NCBI RefSeq assembly: GCF_964213995.1
Contig: NC_135813.1
Span: 61,008,001 to 61,072,000, forward strand
DNA length: 64,000 bases
Reading direction: 5' to 3'
Source of the DNA: Mustelus asterias
Taxonomy: Eukaryota
Shown here: in pieces, positions 11,472 to 24,300 of the stretch
Layout of the letters: each line of letters begins with the position of its first letter
Numbering within the stretch: position 1 is the stretch's first letter
The notes under the pieces: generated by a model
Told to the model about the DNA's origin: nothing
Databases searched by the model: none
The model's input: only the letters and a program-made list of their open reading frames with translations
Position numbers and translations under genes: made by a program

Positions 11472-11708
11472 NNNNNNNNNNNNNNNNNNNNNNNNNNNNN
11501 NNNNNNNNNNNNNNNNNNNNNNNNNNNNNNNNNNNNNNNNNNNNNNNNNNNNNNNNNNNNNNNNNNNNNNNNNNNNNNNNNNNNNNNNNNNNNNNNNNNN
11601 NNNNNNNNNNNNNNNNNNNNNNNNNNNNNNNNNNNNNNNNNNNNNNNNNNNNNNNNNNNNNNNNNNNNNNNNNNNNNNNNNNNNNNNNNNNNNNNNNNNN
11701 NNNNNNNN
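11472..11708. repeat. N-masked tract, probably a (GATA/GATG)n microsatellite
   Basis: The homologous tract in unit 3 is preceded by visible GGATAGATAGATGGA. Spans between fixed flanks are 238/246/242 bp, differing by multiples of 4. Confidence 0.7.
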
Positions 11709-13329
11709 CGCCAAGCCCCGAGGAACATTTTATTACCTACCTGGAATGTGATTGAGGTCCCAAAACTCTCCACTCAGCACTATTCAAGTGTTGGAAACCC
11801 ACGGCATTCACAGTGAGTTAAGCCTTGGCAAAATGAAATGCTCCAGGAAACAGAGCTTTTCGCATGATTTTCGTTATTGGATTTGAGGGGTACATTTGCT
11901 GTCATTTGAAAGGATGAGTTTGAGAATGTCAATGCACTGGCCGACGTCGGAATGAGCTGAAAGTAGCAATTTTTTCAAATCAGATTTCTGATGGCAGGTG
12001 ACCCTACCCCCAACACTACCCTCGCTTCCCGCCGCACAACAGTATTGCAGAAGTCATCGTACAATGTTCCATTGCTCACTCATTTGAAAAGTTAAACAAA
12101 ATCAGGCAAGCCAATTAAATGCTGATAACGTTAGCTTATCACACACCTTCACCCCATGTGTCCTTGAACAATTGTGAGAAGTAACCTTTTGATTATGCAG
12201 CTGAGGCGCACAGAGGAGAACGAGAAGAAATGAATTAATTACTTCGCCTGGAGAGCTGACGATCGCGGCTACAGGTGCAGTTGCGTCAGTGTAAAGAATT
12301 CGAGAAGCTTCATCGCAGAAGGAGAGCAATCAGTCAATCGCATCCATGTCGGTTCTGTAAAGGAGCGATCGAAGTGGAATTTCTGTCTTGATCTTACTCC
12401 AATTTTCGACACATTTTCCACCTTTTTGAGAGTGATTGTTGAATCTTCTTCCGCCAGCCTTTGATCCAATTGACTCCAGATCATTAAGAGTCGGAACACA
12501 TTTAACCACCACCACCCCTGTTCCCGGGTTATTTCAAATGTTTGCCTTCTGGTGATCAAACATCCCGACATTTGAATCAGCTTCTACTTTCTTTATCCAA
12601 CACCTTTAAGAACATCTTTATCAAATCTACTGTGCGGCTTTAAGGAGAACAACCCCAGGGTTCTCTCGTCTTTACATCTAACTGAGGGCCTTTATCGCTG
12701 AAAACATGCGAATACACCTTCTTGCACTCTCTCCACGGCCTTGAAAGACATTCGAAGAATATTGTCAAGAACTGGACTCAATATTCTAGCTAGGGTCTAA
12801 CAAAGATAAAAGGGTTAACATATTTGCTTGCATTTGTACCCGGTTGTTGGAATTTTACTGACTCCCGTGCCGACAGAATGAAGGGTGGGGAAGGAATATT
12901 AAAATTTCTCCACCACTGGGAAAATTTCCAACCGGCGGTCAGGTAGAGGGATCAGGAACAGATAATTAAAGTTGTTCGGCTGAAAGATATCGCAGGATAT
13001 TTACTGAAAGATATGTCTCAGGTCCACGTCATGCAGTGCAGTCAGTACCCGGGGAGTGAGAGGCTTAAGGCCTTGCCTGTGGGTGGAATGTACAGAGTTG
13101 ACATCTGCAGTGTAGAGAGAGGGAGAGAGACAGATACTAGTTCAGTTTAATGCAACAAGACAGCAGGAGCGAGAGAAGAACCACCCTGATGGCGTGCCAG
13201 CGGAATCGGAAAACGATTCGCATCGGGCCAGGAATGCAGGTTAAATTTGACTGAAGACGGTACGCAGCTGAAATAACAGACAGAAAGTGGGCCTACTTCA
13301 TGGAGATGTTGAAGTCCCAATAGAACCAA

Positions 13330-15122
13330 TGATTGCGTCCGATTGGAAGCAAAAGAGTAAAACTCTGCGAATCGTGGCAGAGCTGAAGATTGGGAAGATT
13401 ATAATAACCGAGAGGGAATGGCTAATAAAGTAATGACGAAGGAGAATTTAGAGTATGAGAGAATGTTAGCTAGACATATTAAAATAATGTAGGAATTTCT
13501 ATATGCTTTTAAAAAAGAAAATGCTCACTAAAATAAGTGTGGTTCCTCTGGAGAAGGAGTATCGGAAATTCATAATACGAAATGAGGAAATGGCGACAGA
13601 CTTGATACATTTTCAGTGCCTCGCTGTGGAATACATAAATAATATCCCAGAAATACTTGCAGGTGAAGAGGTGGAAGGGAGCGAGGAACATAAAGCAATT
13701 ACAACCACCAGATCAATGCTACTGAGAAAACGATCAGAACTAAAGGCTGTCAAGTCGTTAGGGCATCATGGAGCTTGGTAAGATACCCTTAAGGAGAGTG
13801 GATGCAGAGGCGATGGGCCAATTGGCCTCACTCTGCATTGTAGTGATTTTATAATTCCATGAGATTGGGAAATAGCACATCTAACTCCTGTATTCAAGAA
13901 AGGAAAGAGACAGAATACATGTAACTACAAGCCAATTAGCCTAACATCTGTCAAAAGTTAAATGTTAGAATCTATTATTAGAAGGTTATCGCAGGGCACT
14001 TGCAATTATGAAGAGCCAACATGGTTTTGTATAATTGAAGCGATACTTTACTACTTTGTTATCCTTACTTGAGCAACTTATTAGTGACGTGCATAAAGAG
14101 GAACCTGTGGAGTTGGATTTCCAAAACGTATTTCATAAGATGCCGCTTCAAAGATACATTATGAAAAGCCAAATAGGAGCTCATCATGCATGGGGTAATA
14201 TTTATCACGAATCGAGGGCTGATTGGCTTACAGAAACAGAGAGGTGGGATAACTGAGCCATTTTGGGGGGGGGGGGGGTCGGGGGGGGGGGGGGGGGTGG
14301 TGGTGGTGGGGCGGGGGGGGGGGGGTAAACTGCAGCCGATGGTGTATCACACGGATTACATCTCGGGCCTCAACTATTTTCAATTTACAGTAATGACATG
14401 GATGATGGGACGGACTGATTGCAATTTTTTTCTCACGACATTAATACGGGGAGAAAAGTAAATTGTGAGGTGCGCATAAATAGCATATAAAGGTATTGAG
14501 ATAGACTACGTGAGTGGTAAAAAGAAACAGGTGGAGTGCAATGTGGTGAAATGCGAACTCGTCCACTTTGGCAGGAAGAACGGAAAGCAGCAAATTATTC
14601 ACACGGGGATGAGAGTGCAAAGGCCCGCAGCGCTGGGGCATCTGGCTGCCTGGAATGTGATTCACAAAACTTTAGCATGAAGCTGCAAGTGATTAGGAAA
14701 GCAACTGCAATGTTGTCACTTATTGCAAGTGGGATGGAATGTAAGAGTAGAGAAGATTCGCTACAAAGAGCTCATCTGAAGTACTTTCCTGTTGGCACGT
14801 GTACCTCAGAACGGATACAATAGCACCAGCGACAGTTCGGAGAAAGGTTCACCCATCAGATGAAAGGGATATCATATAGGGAAAGGTTGGACAGGTTGGA
14901 CCTGTAGCCATTAGAGTTTAGAAGAACTCGAGGTGATCCTGCTGAAACGCCTACGATCCGGAGGGGAATTGAGATGGTGAACGCTGAGGAAGTGCCTTCC
15001 CTCGAAAGAGACGAGAAGGAGGGGACATGAATTAAAATAAGAGGTTTTCCACTTGAGATGGAGATAAAGAGCATTTCATTCTCTGTGAGAACCATTAGCC
15101 TATGGAACTCTCTTTACCAGAG
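13330..15122 (+). mobile_element. Old degenerate CR1 LINE ORF2; copies ~32830-34610 and ~52316-54107
   Basis: GATTGGGAAATAGCACATCTAACTCCTGTATTCAAGAAAGGA (DWEIAHLTPVFKKG), NYKPISLTS, QHGF and LDFQNVFHKMP remnants, and TGGAACTCTCT near 15105. Many stops. Confidence 0.8.
14265..14325 (+). repeat. Poly-G/(GGT)n tract, variable between units (33765-33825; 53249-53321)
   Basis: Direct reading: long G runs with (GGT)n, embedded in the CR1 relic. Confidence 0.9.
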
Positions 15123-15124
15123 AT

Positions 15125-16770
15125 ATCCCATCGTGAATGGTGGTGGATAATTAAACAACTGACTGGAGGAGAAGACATCACAAATTTCTCCATCCTCAAT
15201 GAGCAGTGAAAAAGATAAGGCTAAAGCATTCGCAAAAATCGTCTGTCACATGTGCCAAGTGGATGATCCATCTTGGGCTTCTACAAAAATGGTCAGTATC
15301 ACGGATCTCAATCTTCAGTCAATTCAATTCGCTCCACGTGATATCAAGAAGTGCCCGAATGCGTTGGATACTGCAAAGGCTTTGGGCTCCAACAATATTC
15401 TATCGACAGTCCTGAAGACTTGTGCTCCAAACGATGCGGCCCCGCCAGTCAAGTTGTTTCAGTACATCTACAACACTGGCATCTACCCGGCATTGTAGAA
15501 AATTGCCCATTTATGTCCTCTACGCAAAAAGAAAGGTAACACCAACTTTATTCGTTCGCCATCAGGCCACTCCAGATCATCAGTAAATTGATGGAAGAGT
15601 TCATTAACAGCGCAATGAAACGGCAGGAACATAGCAGGAACCTACTCTCTGGCACATAGTTTGGATTCCGCTAGTCACTCAGCGCCTCACTTCATTACAG
15701 CCTTGGGTCAAACATGGACAAGAGTAGTTGAATGCCAGATGTGAAGTGACTGCGTTTGACGTCAAGGCAGCACATGTGGAATTAAGGAGCCCGAGCAAGA
15801 CTGGGGTCAATTAGAATCAGAGGGAAAACTACGCTGGTTGGAGTCATACCTGGCACAGAGGAAGAGTGTTGTGGTGGTTAGAGTTCAATCATCTAATTTG
15901 CAAACTTCACTGCAGGAGTTTCTCAAGATGGTGTCCAAGGCCCAACCATCTTCAGCTGCTCTATCAATGACCTTCCTTGCATCATAATGTCAGCAATGAT
16001 CGCACAGTGCACAGTACCATACCCGCATCCTCAGAGGCTGAAGCCGTCCGTGTCCAAGTGCAGTAAGCCCTGGACAATATCCAAGTTTGTGTTGACAAGT
16101 GGCAAGTAGTGCCAGGAAATGACCATCTCCAACAACAGAGAATCTAACCATTGTCCCTTGACATTCAATGGTATTGCCATCAATGTCGACATCCTGAGGG
16201 CGACCATTGACCAGAAACTGAAGTGGTCTTGACATTTAAATATGGTGGCTACAACAGCAGGTCAGAGGTTATGAATCCTGTAGCAAGTATCTCACTTCCT
16301 GACTAGCCAAACCTATCCACCATCTGCGAGGCACAAGTCAAGAGTGTGATGGAATACTTTGCACGAGCCAGGAGAATGCAGCTTCTATAACTTTCAGGAA
16401 GCTCACACCATCCAGGACAACACTTGACTGGCACCGCTTCCACAAACTCCCTCCGCCACGATGAACAGTGGCAGCAGTGTGCACCATCTGCAAGATGCAC
16501 TGCATAAACCCATCCAGGCTCCATTGGCAGCATCTTACAAAGTCACATCGCAACCGTCCAGAAGGACAAAGGCAGCAGACACATGGGGACACAACTACCT
16601 TCGCGCTTTCCTCCAAGTCATTCGCAATCTGACATGGGGAAGTATTGCTTTCCTAGACCACAGGGACTGCGCTGATTCAGCAAAGCAGTTCACCACCATC
16701 ATCTCGAGGGCAATTAGCGGTGAGGAATAAATGCTGGTCTAGTCAGCGATGCCCACATCACGTAACAAAA
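15125..16770 (+). mobile_element. Degenerate CR1/L2-type LINE (second family), RT region to 3' tail; copies ~34613-36258 and ~54110-55755
   Basis: DTAKALGSNNILSTVLKTCAP...KLFQYIYNTGIYP, TTTGACGTCAAGGCAGCA (FDVKAA), GGAGTTTCTCAAGATGGTGTCCAAGGCCCA (GVxQxxVxGP), and 3' tail AATAAATGCTGGTCTAGTCAGCGATGCCCACATC. Confidence 0.75.
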
Positions 16771-17649
16771 TGCAGAATTCGATAGATTCCTGATTGAAAA
16801 GGGATCCAAAGAGTATAGGGGTGAACAAGAATGTCGGGCCGAGCCCACGATCACATCAGCCACGACCTTAGGCCTAATCTTCGTTCCAATTCATATGATC
16901 GTATGATTCGTATTTGCGCCCTTTTTGACTCCTTTTATCCTATTAAATTTCTGAACCTTCGGATCCATTAATGTGGCACTGGCAGCATTATCTTTAGTGA
17001 ATGAGGCAGGAAAGGAAGTGATAGTAAAACATTTTGTGACACTGGGTTCTTACTGCTTCTAATCATTCGGATTCCCTGATATTATGGACATTCACCACTG
17101 AAAAGGGGAACTCATTAAACATCCGAATTAATTGACAATACCTGAAGAGAATATTCTGAAAACGACTTTCATGTCCGAATGCCTATTTTCCAAGTGTCCA
17201 CGTATTTTGCCAGGAATTGATATTTTGAGATATTTTAACCGCAAATACACTTCATGTAATAACACGGTCCTTGGTATACCAAGTCCAATATTGCCATCTG
17301 CTGGTTCAGCCGCAAAAAGCGCGCAGTTTCATTGGGATGCGTTCTGGACTTTTTTCATCTATTGTACGTCGTCCAATAGAAAGCAGGGGGAATGAAATGA
17401 CAATTATAAAATAAAATTCTGGATAAAGTCAGGAGATCTGGTCGCACTTGTGAGGAGCGAAACACAATTTCTGTATAAGGGTAATTCGCACTGCCGTGTT
17501 CGGTGAAACAGTGTTCAGTCTCTAATAAATTAAGCGTAAATCTCATCAGTACTTTTATCATGCATTTCAAACGTTTCGAAGACAGGTGCAGGCGCAGCCT
17601 CAAACTAGGGAGCAGGAACCTACACTGTAAAGCATGGCGGACGCTGTAG

Positions 17650-17865
17650 TCCGGCGACGAATGATCGAATTAGCATTGCAGAGTCCTGGAACAAGCAATG
17701 ATTCTAAATCCCACCATGGTATCTGGCAATAAGCCTTGAACAAATTAGTTGTCTTAATGTTAACCACGAAACTACTGAATTGCTGAAAAAAAACATTCGC
17801 TTCATTAACATCATTCCGGGCAGGAAATCTGCCATCTTTACTGAGTACATACGTGACTCCACGTT
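17650..17865 (+). mobile_element. Degenerate DeuSINE/SacSINE1-like fragment
   Basis: AAATCCCACCATGG...GGAAATCTGCCATCTTTACT...ACGTGACTCCA resembles the Deu-domain SINE core (recall, not searched). Confidence 0.4.
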
Positions 17866-17874
17866 TTCCGTCGC

Positions 17875-18142
17875 GAAATAGATACAGAAGTCTGAGGACA
17901 CGTACCAACCAACTTAAGAACAGCTTCTTCACTGCTGCCCTCAGACTTTTGAATGGACCTGCCTCGCATTAAGTTGATGTTGCTCTGCACCCGAGCTATG
18001 ACTGCAACACTACATTCTGCACTCTCTCCTTTCCTTCTCTGTGAACGGTACGCTTTGTCGGTATAGCATGTAAGAAACAACACTTGTCACTGTATACGAA
18101 TATACAAGACAATAATAAATCAAATCAAATAAAATCAAATCA
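17875..18142 (+). mobile_element. Rex1/Babar-type LINE 3' end with (ATCAA)n tail; copies ~37363-37630 and ~56860-57122
   Basis: TACAGAAGTCTGAGGACACGTACCAACCAACTTAAGAACAGCTTCTTC (YRSLRTRTNQLKNSFF...RLLN), then a 3' UTR, AATAAA and ATCAAATCAAAT repeats. Confidence 0.65.
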
Positions 18143-18529
18143 AAAACATTTGTGCTATTAGGGAAACATTTGCACAATACATGGCCAGCCATGCTGGTAA
18201 CACGCTGTTAGCAGTGGTGTTGATGATGAACCTCCTGATCAGATTGCTTTACCTGTTACAGAAAGAGCCCGTTCACCTGAGATGATTCTAAAAATAACAG
18301 CAAAGGCCAAAGCGGCAGTGGCGCAAAGTTTGTTTTCAATTATGGAGGTAGTTACAGATGAAAATTAGAAGCCAGGAGTGAATGAGTTTGGGGGAGGGAG
18401 AGGCGAACATCAGAGCGCATGTACAACCTAGCAGAAAGCAAGAACACAATTGGTGCCATGCTGAAAACATACTATTATTTATATAAATTGGAACGAGTTG
18501 AGGCCACAGCACTGATCATTGTGGCACAC

Positions 18530-19270
18530 CACCCCTTACATCTTGCCAATCACAAAATTGTCCCTTTTGCCCACCCTCTGTCTCCTGTTCGCTCGCAGAT
18601 TTTCTGTCCATGACCCCACACGATAAACTCTCCTTTTCCGCAATACCCTTTGCTTTGACATCTTATTAAATGCTTACTGAAAATTACAGTACATCCACCT
18701 GCTCACCTTTATCCACAGCACGCTACTTCTTCAAATCACTCCAGTAAATTGGCTGAACATGAATTCCCTTTCACAAAACTGTGTTGGCTCTATCTGATGA
18801 CCGTGATTTTACTTCTGTGCCCTGCTATCAAATCTTTAATAACCGCTGCTACCATTTTCCTTATATGTCATACGGTGAGCTAACTGGCGTTGTTCAGCTG
18901 ACATGTATTGTTCCCTGCTATAGGTCTCTTTTTCCTATTGCATTAAAGTGCGACATTCGCTGTTTTCCAATCTAATGCACACTTCCCAGAAACTGGGGAA
19001 TTTTGGAAAATTAAAACCAACCCATCAATTGTCCCTTTAGAGACCTTCGGGTGAAATCCATCGGGACCTGAGGACTCATCAGCCCACATCTTCAACAACT
19101 TCTGAATGTCGTTTCCCTGACGATTCTAATTTTCTTGAGTCCTTCTCTTCCATTTCCTGCTCTACAGCTATTTCTGTGATAGAACTTGTATCCGCTACAG
19201 TGAAGACTGAAAGCAAAATGCCTGTTCTAGTCATCTGCAATCTTTTTGTTTGCGACAAATTCCCCAGACT
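18530..19270 (-). mobile_element. Degenerate CR1 RT fragment (minus strand)
   Basis: Minus-strand Y(C)xFQxAFNKMS and S-S-G-P-D-G-F-H-P-K motifs. Confidence 0.65.
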
Positions 19271-19347
19271 CAATTTCTATCGAACTGTCGCCCACTCTAT
19301 GAACGGTTTTCTTTTTTTTATCGTTTACCTTCACAATTTTAAGTTGA

Positions 19348-19460
19348 TTTATTAGTGTCACGAGCAGGCGTACATTAACATTGCAATAATTGACTATGAA
19401 ATCCCCCAATCGCCACACTCCGGCACCTGTTCGGGTACACTGAGGGAGAATTAGCAATGC
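19348..19460 (-). mobile_element. 5'-truncated copy of the tRNA-SINE 3' tail
   Basis: Reverse complement of CTCCCTCAGTGTACCCGAACAGGTGCCGGAGTGTGGCGATTGGGGGATTTCATAGT...GTGACACTAATAAA, matching the tail of the SINE at 1921-2240. Confidence 0.75.
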
Positions 19461-21058
19461 TAAGCACGTGCCACAGTGCCAAAGGCAAGAAATAACTGAC
19501 AAAACCCCAGAGTATTCGGGAAATAAATGAACTGGTTTGGAAGCATCTATGGAGACAGAAACAGAGGGAAAATTGCGCCTCCAAATGTGCCAGATGTAAA
19601 TACATAAAATTCATGTGATGAGTTTTGTTGATCTGAAATTCACTTAAAGAGTACAGGAAACCGATCCAATTAAAACTTCAAGATGAAAATTGGATAGATT
19701 CATGAAACCGATGTCTGCATGAAATGCCCATCGTGCACTGGAGTGCGATTACTTGGATAGCTCTTTCAAAGAGTACAGTGGGTCAATGGCATTTTTGTGT
19801 TGTACTCTTCAGTGAAATGGTTGGGAACTGAGCTCAATATAAGGGTACTAAGTCATTTTTCAGTTGTGTTTCCCTTTGGAGGGAACCAGATGTTTATCCA
19901 TTCTATGTACACGTACTTTTCGTTAGCTGGTGACATAAAGTTGCATAGCCAGTTGTAATGATCAGGAATGCAAGAACTTAAATGATGACGGAGCAGATTC
20001 CGAAGTCTCTTGTAAAAGTCAATAGAACTTACATGTGAAACGAATAACAATTGAAAGATTATGGCGAGAGAATGTCTTGGATTAACTGGCCATCGTCACT
20101 TCTCTTTGCTCCTATTCTAAACAATGGTCCACTGATCCTGAGTCTAAGCCCCCATGTTCTGGATTTCACAGCCAGGGCAAACATCCGGCTGTACTCTTCA
20201 GTTGCAAGGACAGGGTCTTCGGATAGTCGGTTTGCCTGCGCCGCCAACTCACCTCCCCGCTCATGCTGTCCGCTTTGCAGCCATTGGACATGTGGTGGAG
20301 ACAGAAATCGGGCAAAGGCAAGACATGCACATCCTTCTGCGGAGGAGTTACCACCTGAGAGGACTGATGGCCAACCGTTTGTGCAGCAACTCTGTAGGTT
20401 CGAGTACTGGCGACAGTTCGGATTACAACCGGTCTCCAATGACGAAATCTAATGTCGGCCAAATGAGGAAGATCCTTGGAGCTTTGGTGGGGCCGAGGGA
20501 AGTGAGGGGAGGGGGGTGTTCCCCTTGCCAACACCAACACTCAGCTCCGGCTGTTAGATTAGTGTCTTGACATAGTCCGGTCCCAGCCAGGGGAATAATT
20601 GTAGTGCGGACAGGATGAAGCCCCTGAGTGACTCTTAATAGGTCACTTAAGGGCCTCAATAGGCTCAAAGATGCGCGTGCCACAGAACGAATTTGTTCTT
20701 CCCAATAGTTGGAGGAGATTTCCAATCATTACTGTAGAACAGTTCAGTGAGGCGATGGTGAGATAGAGCTTCGTGCTTTTCGAGTGCATAAAGAGCCTGA
20801 TGTGCTTTCAGATGATGCCTACAAGGGGGAGCATGCGGATGGGAAAAAGAATGGGGGCCAGGGACATATTGTTGAGTTGCTAGCATGGGAGCAGGAAGAG
20901 AAGCCATTGCAGACAAATCTGTGGATATTATTTGATAAATAATGATGGAGCCAGATCACGAGAATAGGCCCAAGCAACTGACAAACGGTGGAGATTTTTT
21001 GGATCGTGTGTTGAATCGTGTCAAAGACCGACGCCAGTCCGAAAACAGCGAGCCGTCG

Positions 21059-21380
21059 GGCGGCACGGTGGCACAGTGGTTAGCACTGCTCCCTGACAGC
21101 GCCAGGGACCCGGTTTCACTTTGCAGCTTGAGCCACTGTCTGAGCGGAGTCTGCACGTTCTCCCCGTGTCTGCGTGGGCTTTCTCCGCGTACTTCGGTTT
21201 TCACCCGAAGTCCGAAAGTCGTAATGATTAGGTGCATTGGTCATGCTAAATTTTCTCTCAGTGTACCCGTACAGGCGCCGGAGTGTGGCGACTAGAAGAT
21301 TTTCACAGTAACTTCATTGCAGTATTTGCAGTTTGGATTACATCCGGTAATTGTAAGCCTGCTTGTGACTAAAAATAAAG
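21059..21380 (+). mobile_element. tRNA-derived shark SINE (copy in unit 2)
   Basis: Paralog of 1921-2240. Confidence 0.85.
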
Positions 21381-24300
21381 AAATTGTAAAAAACTTAAAA
21401 ACTTTAAAAAACAGGAATAGTTTGCTATCGTTATAATTGAATAGAATGTAACTTTGATAAGGGTCGTATCAGTATTGTGGCAGAAGCAGAAACGCGATTC
21501 TGGGAATTCAATGCTGGAGTTGTTGGAACGATTGTATGGATTTGGGGTTGGCAATTTCTTCAAGTGGTTTAGAGAGGAAATGTTAACTGAAGATCGGCAG
21601 TAGTTCACAAGGACAGAGGAACAAGGCTGTTTGCAAAGAGAAGTTTGATGGTAATCGGTGTGAAAATATAACAGTACCTGAGGAGAGATAGCAACTAATG
21701 ACATCAACGAAAGTGGAGACAAGAAAAGAAAGTTGGATGGTCAGTAATTTAGCTGAAACATGGTCAACATGGGTCTAATGGAAAAACTGAGTTGCGAAAG
21801 CGAATGAGGGGATATATGAGAAAAAAAATCCGATTCAACTATGATGCATGCGAAGTAGTGCTTCCTCATTTCACTCCTAAATAGCTTCGCTCTAATGAAA
21901 GAGTGTGCCCTATTTTGCTGGATTGTGTTATTCGTGGAAATGATTTCTCTGGACTCGCTGATCATTTTAAATACGTCGATTAGGTATAGAGTGCAGGGGA
22001 AGACAGACAGTGAGTTGCCTTGAGTGATTTAGCACAAAAATCTTGCTATTCCAATCTACATACGCATTAAGGGTTTTAACTCTCTTCACTATAAGCACTT
22101 GGTTTAGCAAAGCCACACAAATTGTTGCTTCAGCCACAGCCTCATATCAATCAAGAAACAAGAGATCCTGAAACATTTTCAACCACTTTTGTGCAAAATA
22201 CCAGTGTTGGAAAGTCATGCCTTCTCAAATAGAAAGTGCCTCTGGCCGTCTGTATATAAGGCAGTTCCAAGTAAGGATAAAGTTCAACATTTCTTGCTGA
22301 GCCAGTGTTCCCGCACGTTATATTGGTGTTCAGTATGCTTCCATGATGCAGCATGGTCCAAATTGTCAAAACATGCTCTTGACTGCATCTATTCTTAGGT
22401 GCACTATTTTAAGATACTGCTTCCGCAACCCTTGCTGATATAAAAGTGTTTATCTTTTTATTACTGGATTGTAACTCTGGAAATATCTGAGTCTCTTTTA
22501 GTGTCTGAGGTGAGGCACTCTCACAGGAGATTCCCCTGAATGCTGTCTGGGCTGTGGTTATTTTTCGTAGAACAGAGTAAGCTGAGGTGTTAACTCATCA
22601 AGGTGCAAATAATTATGAACGATACAGATAGGAAGAAACCTTTCACCTCAGTAGAGAGGTCAATAATCGGGGGGCATAGATTTAAGGTCAGGAGCAGGAG
22701 ATTTAGAGGAAATTTGAAGAAATTCTTCTTCAGCCAGAGGGTGCTGGGAATCTGGAACTCAGTGTCTGCAAGAGTGGTGGAGGAAGGAACCCTCACGACA
22801 TTTAAGAAGCATTTTGATGAGCAATTGAAAAGTCACTGCATACAGGGTTACGGGCCAAGTGCTGGTAATTGAATAGATTAGATAAGTTTTTTGGTGGTCG
22901 GCACAGACGCGAAGGGCCTCATTCTGAGCTGGATTCCCCCCTCCAGCTTTAAAGGGTAATACATAGTACGTTTCAGCAATCGGTCTTAAAAATTGAACCC
23001 TTCAGCAATTACTTCACCCTGACGAATCAGTCCTGTACCCATTCATCATACCAATATATCCGCGGCAATTGTACCGCCCCGCCCACCACGGAATCAGAGC
23101 GGACGAGGGTGGACAACGGAAATGTCCCTTGACCTCTGGCGCGAATTTCGGGTCTCGATCGAGCGAGGACGTAAAAGTCCCGTAGCTCAGTGTGAAAACC
23201 TAAATCCAGCACTCCAGATGTGATCTGATCAAGGCTGTAGACAACAGAAAGCATTACTTCCCCACTTTTTAGTTTCAATGCCCTTGTGATGAAGGCAGGC
23301 ATTCGGTTTGATTTCTAATTTACCTTGTGTTCATGAAGTTTTTAATGACTTATGTCCAGGAACACCTAAATCCCTTTGTTCACTCAAAGCATCTCGCCGC
23401 GTAGCTTTAGGTAAATATTTCGAGCTACTCGCTATCATATTTTGGTCACAGAATCACAGAATTCACTGGTCCATTCACTTAGTTTATCTATGAAGAGTCA
23501 GCCAACTTGCGATACCTCCTTATCTTAAGCTGATCTACCGATGTGTTTATGAAACTCTCTAACCCTCAATTTGAACGGCAAAATGATCTCGTTCCAGAAA
23601 TGATCCTCAGGAAACTGCATTTGTCACATCCAGCCAATGAAGGAACAAATCCTTGATTGGCACTTTCTCTCTCCTACCCATAAACAATTCCCTACCTATA
23701 TGTTCAAATAAATTATTTATTCCTTCTGCCACTGGGTCTATTTTATGTTTCCCTGTTTCGGACTCACTCACGGTGGAAAATCTTTCTCTGCGTTCCCGTA
23801 TCACACCTTTTCCGAACATTAAAGCCGCCTATTACTCCTCCGCATCCTCTCCTCAGAGAAAAGAGCCCAACATATTCATTTTCCTGATAGGTACATTGTC
23901 CCAATCGCAGTAAATATCTGGCAAATAATTTTTGCACATTCTCATGTCCTACAAGATCATTTTTGAGGTATGTAGACTATAGATGAGGAAAACTCTATAA
24001 AACGCTAATAAATCCCCGGGTGTTTTGTTTTGTTCTTCTGGAAGTGCACCAGCACCTTGTTTGCACTTTTTATCAACTGCGCAACTTCTTGCTACATATA
24101 GCAATTTATGTCTTGCAAGCCCAAATCTAACTGAAGAAATAAAACAATAACGTATCAAAGGGATGTCCTGTCGACTTTGTGATTCGTGTGAAGATGAAGT
24201 TTAAAAAACAGACTTTGTTCGGAGCTGGTTTGAGTCAATGCCTCACTGAAAATGCATCTGGGGAAGTTGACAGTTAGTAAAGCGCCTGCTTCAGTATGAT

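Larger units (their letters stand above)
1361..20498. repeat. Tandem segmental unit 1 (~19.1 kb) containing Ig light-chain gene 1
   Basis: Sequence starting GAAGTGAGGGGAGGGGGGTGTTCCCC recurs at 20499, 39987 and 59479. The whole ORF track repeats at ~19.1-19.5 kb offsets. Confidence 0.97.

Noticed and set aside
19464-19478. GCACGTGCCACAGTG as a fossil signal joint
   Set aside because: The left half is not a proper CACTGTG, abuts SINE sequence and has no nonamer.
20051-20725. Cluster of overlapping 100-138 aa ORFs repeated in each unit
   Set aside because: No recognisable domain; recurrence only reflects recent duplication, and some frames are broken between copies. Likely an old repeat.
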